Source of the DNA: Betaproteobacteria bacterium
GTDB taxonomy: Bacteria; Pseudomonadota; Gammaproteobacteria; Burkholderiales; JACQAP01
Direction of reading: 5' to 3'
NCBI GenBank assembly: GCA_039931685.1
Contig: JBDTRK010000006.1
Span: 1 to 60,996 of the forward strand
Length of the DNA stretch: 60,996 nt
Each line of letters opens with the position of its first letter. The stretch's first letter is position 1. The position numbers were made by a program, and so were the translations under genes. The notes beneath the pieces were generated by a model, which saw only the letters and a list, made by a program, of their open reading frames with translations, was not told where the DNA came from and made no database searches. Below, one piece after another: positions 41,502-49,110 of the stretch.

Positions 41502-42290
41502 ATGACGAGCCCGCGAAAAACCGCTGAGGTAATGCTGTCGGTGCAGAACATAGCGCTCTCCTTCGGCGGCGTGCGCGCGTTGTCCGACGTCAGTTTCGAC
41601 GTTCGCGAGGGCGAGATTCGCGCGATCATCGGCCCGAACGGTGCGGGAAAAAGCTCGATGCTCAATGTCATCAACGGCGTCTATCATCCGCAGCAGGGTA
41701 ACGTCAGTTTTCGCGGCGAAGTACGCCGGCGGATGGACCCCTACCGCGCGGCGATACAGGGCATCGCGCGGACTTTCCAGAACATCGCATTGTTCAAGGG
41801 CATGACGGTGCTGGACAACATCATGACCGGGCGCAACCTGAAAATGCGCTGCAACTTGCTCGAGCAGGCGATCTATATCGGCCGCAACCGGCGCGAAGAA
41901 ATCGTCCACCGGGCCAAGGTCGAGGAGATCATCGACTTCCTGCAGATAGAGCACATACGCAAGACACCGGTCGGCCGCCTGCCGTACGGATTACAGAAGC
42001 GCGTCGAGCTCGCCCGTGCCCTGGCGGCCGAGCCCATTCTGCTGTTGCTCGATGAGCCGATGGCGGGAATGAACGTCGAAGAGAAACAGGACATGTGCCG
42101 ATTCGTGCTCGACGTCAACGAGGAGTTTGGCACCACCATCGTGCTGATCGAGCACGACATGGGCGTGGTTATGGACATTTGCGACCGCATCGTCGTGCTC
42201 GACTACGGCCGCAAGATCGGCGACGGCACGCCAGACGAGATCCGCAACGACAAGGGCGTCATCGACGCTTATCTCGGTGTTTCACATTGA
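41502..42290 (+). CDS. ABC ATP-binding protein (LivG-like)
   Basis: GPNGAGKSS, RTFQN, LPYGLQKRVELARAL, LLLDEP, IEHDM. Confidence 0.94.
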   Translation: MTSPRKTAEVMLSVQNIALSFGGVRALSDVSFDVREGEIRAIIGPNGAGKSSMLNVINGVYHPQQGNVSFRGEVRRRMDPYRAAIQGIARTFQNIALFKGMTVLDNIMTGRNLKMRCNLLEQAIYIGRNRREEIVHRAKVEEIIDFLQIEHIRKTPVGRLPYGLQKRVELARALAAEPILLLLDEPMAGMNVEEKQDMCRFVLDVNEEFGTTIVLIEHDMGVVMDICDRIVVLDYGRKIGDGTPDEIRNDKGVIDAYLGVSH

Positions 42291-42303
42291 TTACGCCGAC
42301 TAC

Positions 42304-42469
42304 ACCCAACGCAGAGGCGCAGAGGACGCAGAGAAGAACGAGAACGTTAGGACGTAGGCGGATCATGCGCGCTACCAATCCTGATTATCGGTTAAATGAT
42401 ATGGCTGACATTTCCAGATTCTCTCTGCGCCCTCCGTTTCCTCTGCGGCTCCGCGGCTCTGCGTTGGGT
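42304..42469. repeat. MITE-like intergenic element A with periodic CGCAGAG inverted repeats
   Basis: Left ACCCAACGCAGAGGCGCAGAGGACGCAGAG; right (reverse complement) ACCCAACGCAGAGCCGCGGAGCCGCAGAG. Confidence 0.8.
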
Positions 42470-42483
42470 TGAGGTGCTAGAGA

Positions 42484-43380
42484 ATGAGTTTCTTTTTTGA
42501 GGTGTTGATCGGCGGGCTGCTGGCGGGGGTGATGTACTCGCTGGTGGCGCTCGGCTTCGTGCTGATCTACAAGGCCTCCGGCGTATTCAACTTTGCGCAG
42601 GGGGCGATGGTCTTTTTTGCCGCGCTGACTTTCGTCGGACTGCAGGAAAAGTTCGCGCTGCCGTTCTGGGGCGCGTTCGTGCTGGCGCTGGCGGCCATGG
42701 TGGTGCTGGGCATCCTGACCGAGCGCATCGTGCTGCGCCCGCTGGTGAACCAGCCGCAGATCACTTTGTTCATGGCCACCATCGGCCTGTCATTCTTCAT
42801 CGAAGGCCTGGCGCAACTGATCTGGGGCACCAACGTGCGCCGCCTCGACCTCGGCATCACCGACGAACCGATCGCAGCCGTGCTCGAGCGCTTCGACATG
42901 GCGATCAGCAGTTTCGACCTGGCCGCCGCCCTCGTGGCCGGCGTGCTGGTCACGGTGCTGGCGGTTTTTTTCCAGGTGACCCGCGTCGGCCGCGCTTTGC
43001 GCGCAGTGGCCGACGATCACCAAGCCGCGCTGGCCGTGGGTATACCGCTGCGACAGATCTGGGCGATCGTGTGGTCGGTGGCAGGTTTTGTCGCCCTGGT
43101 CGCCGGACTGATGTGGGGCGCGCGCAATGGCGTGCAGTATGCCCTGACCTTCGTCGCGCTCAAGGCCCTGCCGGTGCTCATCCTGGGTGGATTCGAGTCC
43201 GTCCTCGGCGCCATTGTCGGCGGGCTGATCATCGGGGCGTTGGAGAAGCTGGCGGAAGTCTATCTCGGCCCGCACATCGGCGGCGGCATCGAGGGTTGGT
43301 TCGCCTACATGATGGCCCTGCTGTTCCTGCTCGTTCGTCCCGAGGGTTTGTTCGGAGAGAAGCGCATAGACCGGGTTTAG
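42484..43380 (+). CDS. Branched-chain amino acid-type ABC permease (LivH-like)
   Basis: GLLAGVMYSLVALGFVLIYKASGVFNFAQG, GRALRAVADD, RPEGLFG. Confidence 0.93.
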   Translation: MSFFFEVLIGGLLAGVMYSLVALGFVLIYKASGVFNFAQGAMVFFAALTFVGLQEKFALPFWGAFVLALAAMVVLGILTERIVLRPLVNQPQITLFMATIGLSFFIEGLAQLIWGTNVRRLDLGITDEPIAAVLERFDMAISSFDLAAALVAGVLVTVLAVFFQVTRVGRALRAVADDHQAALAVGIPLRQIWAIVWSVAGFVALVAGLMWGARNGVQYALTFVALKALPVLILGGFESVLGAIVGGLIIGALEKLAEVYLGPHIGGGIEGWFAYMMALLFLLVRPEGLFGEKRIDRV

Positions 43381-43392
43381 GGACGCTACGTC

Positions 43393-43427
43393 TTACCAAT
43401 CACAATTCACCATTCACCAATAACCAA
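43393..43427 (+). repeat. Degenerate heptamer tandem array (TCACCAA-type x5)
   Basis: TTACCAA TCACAAT TCACCAT TCACCAA TAACCAA running into the next ATG. Confidence 0.75.
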
Positions 43428-44503
43428 TGTTTTACCGCGAAGCCGGACAGTTCAAAACCACCTACGCCGCAGACCAGGCGCTGTTCCCGATCCACCAGGA
43501 CCGCTACGCGATGATGGTCATTTTGGCAATTGCGTTCATCGGCGTACCGCTGTTCGCCAGCGACTATTGGCTAACCGCCCTGCTGATTCCTTTCCTGGTG
43601 TTCTCGCTGGCCGCACTCGGACTGAACATCCTCACCGGGTACGCCGGGCAGCTTTCGTTGGGCACGGCGGCCTTCATGGCGGTGGGTGCCGTCGCCGCCT
43701 ACAACTTCCAGTTGCGCATTCCAGGTATGCCGATCCTGCTGAGTTTTCTACTGGGCGGCGCGACGGCGGCGCTGGTCGGCATCCTGTTCGGCCTGCCGAG
43801 CCTGCGCATCAAGGGCTTTTATCTTGCCGTCGCCACGCTGGCGGCGCAGTTCTTCATCCCCTGGCTGGTGACCAAGGTCGGCTGGTTCTCCAACTATTCC
43901 GCTTCGGGCGTGATCAGCGCACAACCGATCGAAATCCTCGGCAAGGCATTCGATTCGCCGCAGGAGAAGTATCTGCTGGTGCTCGCTATTGTCGCCCTGC
44001 TGGCGCTGCTGGCTAAAAACCTGGTGCGCAGCCGCATCGGCCGGGCCTGGATGGCGGTGCGCGACATGGACGTCGCCGCGGAAGTCATCGGCATCCGCAT
44101 TCTGCGCACCAAGCTGATCGCATTTGCGGTGAGCTCGTTTTATTGTGGTGTGGCCGGTGCGCTGTATGCGTTTGCCTACCTCGGCAACGTCGAGCCGGAC
44201 GGATTCAACCTGGACCTCTCTTTCCGCATCCTGTTCATGGTTATCATCGGCGGCGTGGGCAGCATTCTCGGCTCTTTCCTGGGTGCCGCCTTCATCACGC
44301 TGATGCCGATCCTGCTCGATGTGCTGTTGACTCATGGCAGCCGGGCATTCAACCTGAACCTGGAGCCGGGCGTTACATCCATGGTCCAATTGCTGGTGTT
44401 CGGCGCGCTGATCATATTTTTTCTGATCGTGGAACCGCACGGTTTGGCGCGTTTGTGGCAGATTACAAAAGAAAAATTACGACTCTGGCCATTTCCCTAT
44501 TAG
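43427..44503 (+). CDS. Branched-chain amino acid-type ABC permease (LivM-like)
   Basis: MFYREAGQFKTTY, GLNILTGYAGQLSLG, GRAWMAVRD, EPHGLA. Confidence 0.93.
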   Translation: MFYREAGQFKTTYAADQALFPIHQDRYAMMVILAIAFIGVPLFASDYWLTALLIPFLVFSLAALGLNILTGYAGQLSLGTAAFMAVGAVAAYNFQLRIPGMPILLSFLLGGATAALVGILFGLPSLRIKGFYLAVATLAAQFFIPWLVTKVGWFSNYSASGVISAQPIEILGKAFDSPQEKYLLVLAIVALLALLAKNLVRSRIGRAWMAVRDMDVAAEVIGIRILRTKLIAFAVSSFYCGVAGALYAFAYLGNVEPDGFNLDLSFRILFMVIIGGVGSILGSFLGAAFITLMPILLDVLLTHGSRAFNLNLEPGVTSMVQLLVFGALIIFFLIVEPHGLARLWQITKEKLRLWPFPY

Positions 44504-44531
44504 AAGCGCAGACAACACGAAATCGGAGGAC

Positions 44532-45857
44532 ATGATGAGTACATGGAAAAAAATGGCGATTGCGCTGTTCGCGCTCGCCGGCGGACTGGCAATGGTCGTT
44601 CCTGTCGCAGCGCAGCAGGCCGGCACCCAGTTCATGGGCATCCTGGGATACCGGGTCGGTCCCTACGGCGCCAATGGCGCGGCCTTCTTCACCGGCTTTC
44701 TCGACTACCTCGCGCTGGTTAATGAGCGCGACAGCGGCATCAACGGCGTCAAACTGTCGTGGGAAGAATGTGAAACCGAGTACAACAACGCCAAGGGCAT
44801 CGAGTGCTACGAGCGCCTGAAGACCCGGAACGAAACCGGCCCCACGGCGATCCATCCGATGTCCACCGGAATTACCTACGGCCTGATCGACAAGGCGCCG
44901 GTGGACAAGATTCCGCTGATCACGCTGGGCTATGGGCGCACGGATGCAACCGACGGCCGCGTCTTCCCGTGGGTCTTTCCGATTCTCTCCAATTACTGGG
45001 ACGCGGCCACCGGCATCGTCAAGTTCATCGGCGACAAGGAAGGCGGCAGCGGCAAATTGAAGGGCAAGAAAATCGTGTTGCTGTACCACGACTCGGCCTA
45101 CGGCAAGGAACCGCATCCGGTTCTGGAAGCCGAGGCGGCGAAACTTGGTTTCGAATTGAAACTGATCCCGGTCCCGCATCCGGGCAACGAGCAACAATCA
45201 CAATGGCTGCAGATCCGCCAATACAAACCCGACTGGGTGATCCTTTGGGGTTGGGGCGTCATGACCGCCACTGCGCTGTCGACCGCGCAGAAAGTCGGCT
45301 TCCCGCGCGACAAGATGATCGGCAACTGGTGGGCGGGATCCGAGATCGATACCGAGGCCGCCGGTCCGGCATCGGAGGGCTATTACGCCGCCAGCCTGAA
45401 TCTGGCGGGCAAGAATTTCAGCGTCGTGAAGGACGTCGAAAAATTCGTCTATGGCAAAGGCAAGGGCGGAGACCCCAAACTGGTCGGCACGGTGCTGTGG
45501 AATCGCGGCCTCGCAGCGGCCATGTATACGGTCGAGGCGGTGCGCACCGCACAGGGCAAATACGGCAAAAAGCCAATGACCGGTGAACAGACGCGCTGGG
45601 GAATCGAAAACCTGAACGTGGACCAGAAACGCCTGGACCAACTCGGTTTCGGCGGCATGGTGCCCCCGCTCAGGTTGTCCTGCTCGGATCATGGCGGCAG
45701 CGGTCTGGTGCGCTTCCAGCAATGGGAAGGCGGCAAATGGAATCCCGTTTCCGAATGGATGAGCGGCGACAAGGCCATGGTGCGCAAGATGGTGGAGGAA
45801 TCCGCCGCGAAATACGCGATCGAGAAGGGCATCACGGCGGGATGCATGAAGGGTTAG
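44532..45857 (+). CDS. ABC substrate-binding protein (Liv-type periplasmic)
   Basis: Signal peptide; EECETEY...GIECYERLK, YHDSAYGKE, WGWGVM. Confidence 0.92.
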   Translation: MMSTWKKMAIALFALAGGLAMVVPVAAQQAGTQFMGILGYRVGPYGANGAAFFTGFLDYLALVNERDSGINGVKLSWEECETEYNNAKGIECYERLKTRNETGPTAIHPMSTGITYGLIDKAPVDKIPLITLGYGRTDATDGRVFPWVFPILSNYWDAATGIVKFIGDKEGGSGKLKGKKIVLLYHDSAYGKEPHPVLEAEAAKLGFELKLIPVPHPGNEQQSQWLQIRQYKPDWVILWGWGVMTATALSTAQKVGFPRDKMIGNWWAGSEIDTEAAGPASEGYYAASLNLAGKNFSVVKDVEKFVYGKGKGGDPKLVGTVLWNRGLAAAMYTVEAVRTAQGKYGKKPMTGEQTRWGIENLNVDQKRLDQLGFGGMVPPLRLSCSDHGGSGLVRFQQWEGGKWNPVSEWMSGDKAMVRKMVEESAAKYAIEKGITAGCMKG

Positions 45858-45862
45858 ACGAC

Positions 45863-45930
45863 AGGGACGAGGGCCGAATTTAGAAAGCCGGGAGCCTTGC
45901 CCCCGGCCCTCGTTCCTCCGCCCTCGTACC
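45863..45930. repeat. Inverted repeat with CCCTCGT-type heptamers
   Basis: AGGGACGAGGGCCG ... CGGCCCTCGTTCCT, continuing as CCCTCGT TCCTCCG CCCTCGT. Confidence 0.6.
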
Positions 45931-45972
45931 ATTCGCCATTTTTTCCGACTTCAGCTGAAGCCAGCCCATGCG

Positions 45973-46791
45973 ATGACCGAACCCGCTGCAGACGTCCTCC
46001 TCGCCATCAACAACGTCGAGGTAATCTACGATCATGTCATCCTGGTGCTCAAGGGTGTATCGCTCGAAGTCAGGGACGGCACGATCGTGGCGTTGCTGGG
46101 TGCGAATGGCGCCGGCAAGACGACCACGCTGAAGGCGATTTCGAATCTGCTTTCCTCCGAACGCGGCGACGTGACCAAGGGTTCGATCGAATTCCGTGGA
46201 CAACGCATCGACCAGCTCACGCCCTGGGAGTTGGTGAAACGCGGTGTGGTGCAAGTCATGGAAGGCCGGCACTGCTTCCAGCACCTGAGCGTTGAAGAAA
46301 ACCTGCTGACCGGTGCTTTCACATGCAGCGCCAACCGCGCCGCGATCCGTCACGACCTGGAAAAGGTTTATCAATATTTTCCGCGACTGAAGGATCGACG
46401 CAAAAGCCTGGCCGGCTATACGTCTGGCGGCGAGCAACAGATGACCGCCATCGGCCGCGCGCTGATGGCCAGGCCGAGCATGATCCTGCTCGACGAACCG
46501 TCGATGGGCCTTGCACCGCAGATCGTCGACGAAATATTCGAAATCGTGCGCGGGCTCAACGAAAACGAGAAAGTAAGCTTCCTGCTGGCCGAGCAGAATA
46601 CCAACGTCGCCTTGCATCATGCCGACTATGGCTACATTCTGGAAAACGGACGCGTAGTCATGAACGGCCCGGCCGCCGACCTGGCCCGCAATGAAGATGT
46701 AAAGGAGTTCTACCTGGGCCTGTCGACCGCCGGTCGCAAAAGTTTCCGCGACGCCAAACACTACCGCCGCCGCAAGCGTTGGCTCGCCTAA
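45973..46791 (+). CDS. ABC ATP-binding protein (LivF-like)
   Basis: GANGAGKTT, SGGEQQM, LLDEPSMGLAP, AEQN, YRRRKRWL. Confidence 0.94.
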   Translation: MTEPAADVLLAINNVEVIYDHVILVLKGVSLEVRDGTIVALLGANGAGKTTTLKAISNLLSSERGDVTKGSIEFRGQRIDQLTPWELVKRGVVQVMEGRHCFQHLSVEENLLTGAFTCSANRAAIRHDLEKVYQYFPRLKDRRKSLAGYTSGGEQQMTAIGRALMARPSMILLDEPSMGLAPQIVDEIFEIVRGLNENEKVSFLLAEQNTNVALHHADYGYILENGRVVMNGPAADLARNEDVKEFYLGLSTAGRKSFRDAKHYRRRKRWLA

Positions 46792-46808
46792 TGATTAAGG
46801 AAGCGCTC

Positions 46809-46953
46809 ACCGCAGAGGACGCGGAGGAAAAACATGAGCGAGATCGGCAATGCGAACTGGTGCGCGTGCCATGGCATTGTTTCTCTGTTGCAATGTTGTA
46901 GTACCTTTCACCCAAATACGCTTTTCCTCTGCGTCCTCCGCGTCCTCTGCGGT
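46809..46953. repeat. MITE-like intergenic element B
   Basis: Perfect 20-bp terminal inverted repeat ACCGCAGAGGACGCGGAGGA; right arm has an extra 9-mer unit. Confidence 0.85.
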
Positions 46954-46964
46954 TAGACCTAATC

Positions 46965-48212
46965 ATGAAGATTGAAAACGAGTATTACGACGATTTAGAA
47001 ACGCGCGACCCGGAACTGCGCGAGCGTGCGCTGATGAGCGCATTGCCCGGGCAGATCCGGCATGCGAAGGCGAACACCGTTTATTTCGCGCGGCTGTTGC
47101 GCGACGTCGAGCCGGATGCGATTCGCGATCGCAAGGCACTGGTCGGACTGCCGGTCACGCGCAAGTCCGATTTGATCGCACTACAAAGGCAATCCCCGCC
47201 GTTCGCCGGCATGACCGCGGTCGCGACGGGGGATCTTGGCAGGTTGTTCTCCTCCCCCGGTCCCATATACGACCCGCAGGGCGCGCGCGGGGATTTCTGG
47301 CGCTTCGGCCGTGCCTTGTTCGCGGCCGGTTTCCGGCGCGGCGACCTGGTGCACAACACCTTCTCGTATCACTTCTCCCCGGCCGGATTCATGATGGACC
47401 TCGCCGCGCAGGCCGTGGGTTGCGCAGTCTTTCCTGCCGGCACCGGGCAGACCGAATTGCAGGTTGCGGCCATTGCCGACATGAAACCGAATGGCTATGC
47501 CGGCACGCCCTCCTTCCTGAAAATCATTCTCGACAAGGCGGACGAATTACAAACGGATGTCAGCAGCCTGAGGAAGGCAAGCGTATCCGGTGAAGCCCTG
47601 TTGCCGCCGGTGCGCGAAATGCTCAGGAGCCGCGGCATCGACGTGCGCCAGTCCTACGGCACGGCGGACCTGGGATTGATCGCCTACGAGACCGAACCGA
47701 TGGGCGGCCTCGTTGTGGACGAGGGCGTCATCGTCGAAATCCTGCGCCCGGGCACGGGCGACCCGGTTGCCGAGGGCGAAGTCGGCGAAATCGTCGTCAC
47801 CACGCTAAGCAACGAATACCCGCTGATCCGTTTCGCCACGGGCGACTTGTCGGCCCTCGCGCCGGGCGTGAGCGCCTGCGGCCGCACCAACATGCGCATC
47901 AAGGGCTGGATGGGTCGCGCCGACCAGACCACGAAAGTCAAAGGCCTGTTCGTGCATCCGTCCCAGGTGGACCAGATCGTCAGACGTCACCCGGAAATCC
48001 TCAAGGCACGGCTCACGGTGGAGCACGATGTCGAACGCAGTGATCGGATGCGTTTGCGTTGCGAGGTGCGAAACCGCAGTGAAACACTCTCCCAGGCAAT
48101 TGCCGGCAGCGTGCGCGATGTCTGCAAGCTGCGCGGGGAAATCGAATTCGCCGACATCGGTTCGCTGCCCAACGACGGAAAGATCATCGAAGACCTGAGG
48201 AAATACGATTAG
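46965..48212 (+). CDS. Phenylacetate-CoA ligase-like AMP-binding protein
   Basis: YYDDLETRDP, SPGPIYDP, YGTADLG, RFATGDLS, GRADQTTKVKG, LPNDGKIIED. Confidence 0.88.
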   Translation: MKIENEYYDDLETRDPELRERALMSALPGQIRHAKANTVYFARLLRDVEPDAIRDRKALVGLPVTRKSDLIALQRQSPPFAGMTAVATGDLGRLFSSPGPIYDPQGARGDFWRFGRALFAAGFRRGDLVHNTFSYHFSPAGFMMDLAAQAVGCAVFPAGTGQTELQVAAIADMKPNGYAGTPSFLKIILDKADELQTDVSSLRKASVSGEALLPPVREMLRSRGIDVRQSYGTADLGLIAYETEPMGGLVVDEGVIVEILRPGTGDPVAEGEVGEIVVTTLSNEYPLIRFATGDLSALAPGVSACGRTNMRIKGWMGRADQTTKVKGLFVHPSQVDQIVRRHPEILKARLTVEHDVERSDRMRLRCEVRNRSETLSQAIAGSVRDVCKLRGEIEFADIGSLPNDGKIIEDLRKYD

Positions 48213-48220
48213 GACGATTT

Positions 48221-48364
48221 TCACCACAGAGGCACAGAGGACACGAAGAAAATCTTTCTAACAAATAAGAAGCTGGAATCGATGTCCGTTCGGGATATCT
48301 TGCACTTTGACTTAGCGATAAGTCTGCCAGTTCTTCATCTATGTCCTGCGTGCCTCTGTGGTGA
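48221..48364. repeat. MITE-like intergenic element C
   Basis: Left TCACCACAGAGGCACAGAGGACAC; right (reverse complement) TCACCACAGAGGCACGCAGGACAT; AT-rich interior. Confidence 0.85.
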
Positions 48365-48388
48365 TATTTCTAATTTTCCGGAGACCGA

Positions 48389-48976
48389 ATGTCTACGCAA
48401 CCAATCAGTAAATACCCGGTACCAAAACTCGATGATCTGCCCGCCGACATCCGCGACAAGATGCTCGAGGTGCAGAAGAAGGCCGGATTCATCCCCAATG
48501 TGTTCGTGACGCTGGCGCACCGTCCGGGCGAGTTTCGCGCCTTTTTCGCCTATCACGACGCGCTGATGCTCAGGGAATCCGGCCTGTCTAAGGCCGAAAA
48601 GGAAATGATCGTGGTCGCCACCAGCGGACTGAGCCAGTGCCCGTACTGCGTGATCGCGCACGGCGCCATCCTGCGCATTTATGCGAAGAATCCGCAGATC
48701 GCCGACCAGGTGGCAGTTCATCATCGCCGTGCTGAGCTTTCTGCGCGGCAAAAGGCTATGCTGGACTTCGCCTGCAAGCTCTCGCGCACGCCGGAAGCCC
48801 TGACCGATGCGGACCACGAAATCCTGATGGGGCACGGATTCAGCGCGGAAGACATCTGGGACATCGGCGGCATCACCGCTTTTTTCGCGCTTTCCAATCG
48901 CATGGCGCATCTGATCGACATGCGCCCGAACGATGAGTTTTACCTGATGGGCCGCCTGCCACCGCCGGGAAAATGA
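48389..48976 (+). CDS. AhpD/CMD-family peroxidase-related enzyme
   Basis: GFIPNVF, EKEMIVVATS...CPYCVIAHGA, FALSNR, PNDEFY. Confidence 0.9.
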   Translation: MSTQPISKYPVPKLDDLPADIRDKMLEVQKKAGFIPNVFVTLAHRPGEFRAFFAYHDALMLRESGLSKAEKEMIVVATSGLSQCPYCVIAHGAILRIYAKNPQIADQVAVHHRRAELSARQKAMLDFACKLSRTPEALTDADHEILMGHGFSAEDIWDIGGITAFFALSNRMAHLIDMRPNDEFYLMGRLPPPGK

Positions 48977-49021
48977 TGCACCGCAGCGTCGCAGTCCGGA
49001 GCGGCTGCGGCACGCCCACGG

Positions 49022-49030
49022 TGCTATAAT
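49022..49030 (+). promoter_or_regulatory. Extended -10 promoter for aceEF
   Basis: TGCTATAAT (TGn + TATAAT) 80 nt upstream of the aceE ATG. Confidence 0.6.
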
Positions 49031-49110
49031 TTTTTGGCAAAACGGAAACAGTGCCACAAACGCTGCGTTCCCCTGAAAAATGGCAGCAGCAACCTTACCA
49101 AGGTAGAGAC

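Noticed and set aside
42304-48364. Calling elements A-C IS elements or Rho-independent terminators
   Set aside because: No transposase or clear target-site duplication; loops are ~100 nt and there is no U-tract, so they are kept only as MITE-like repeats.
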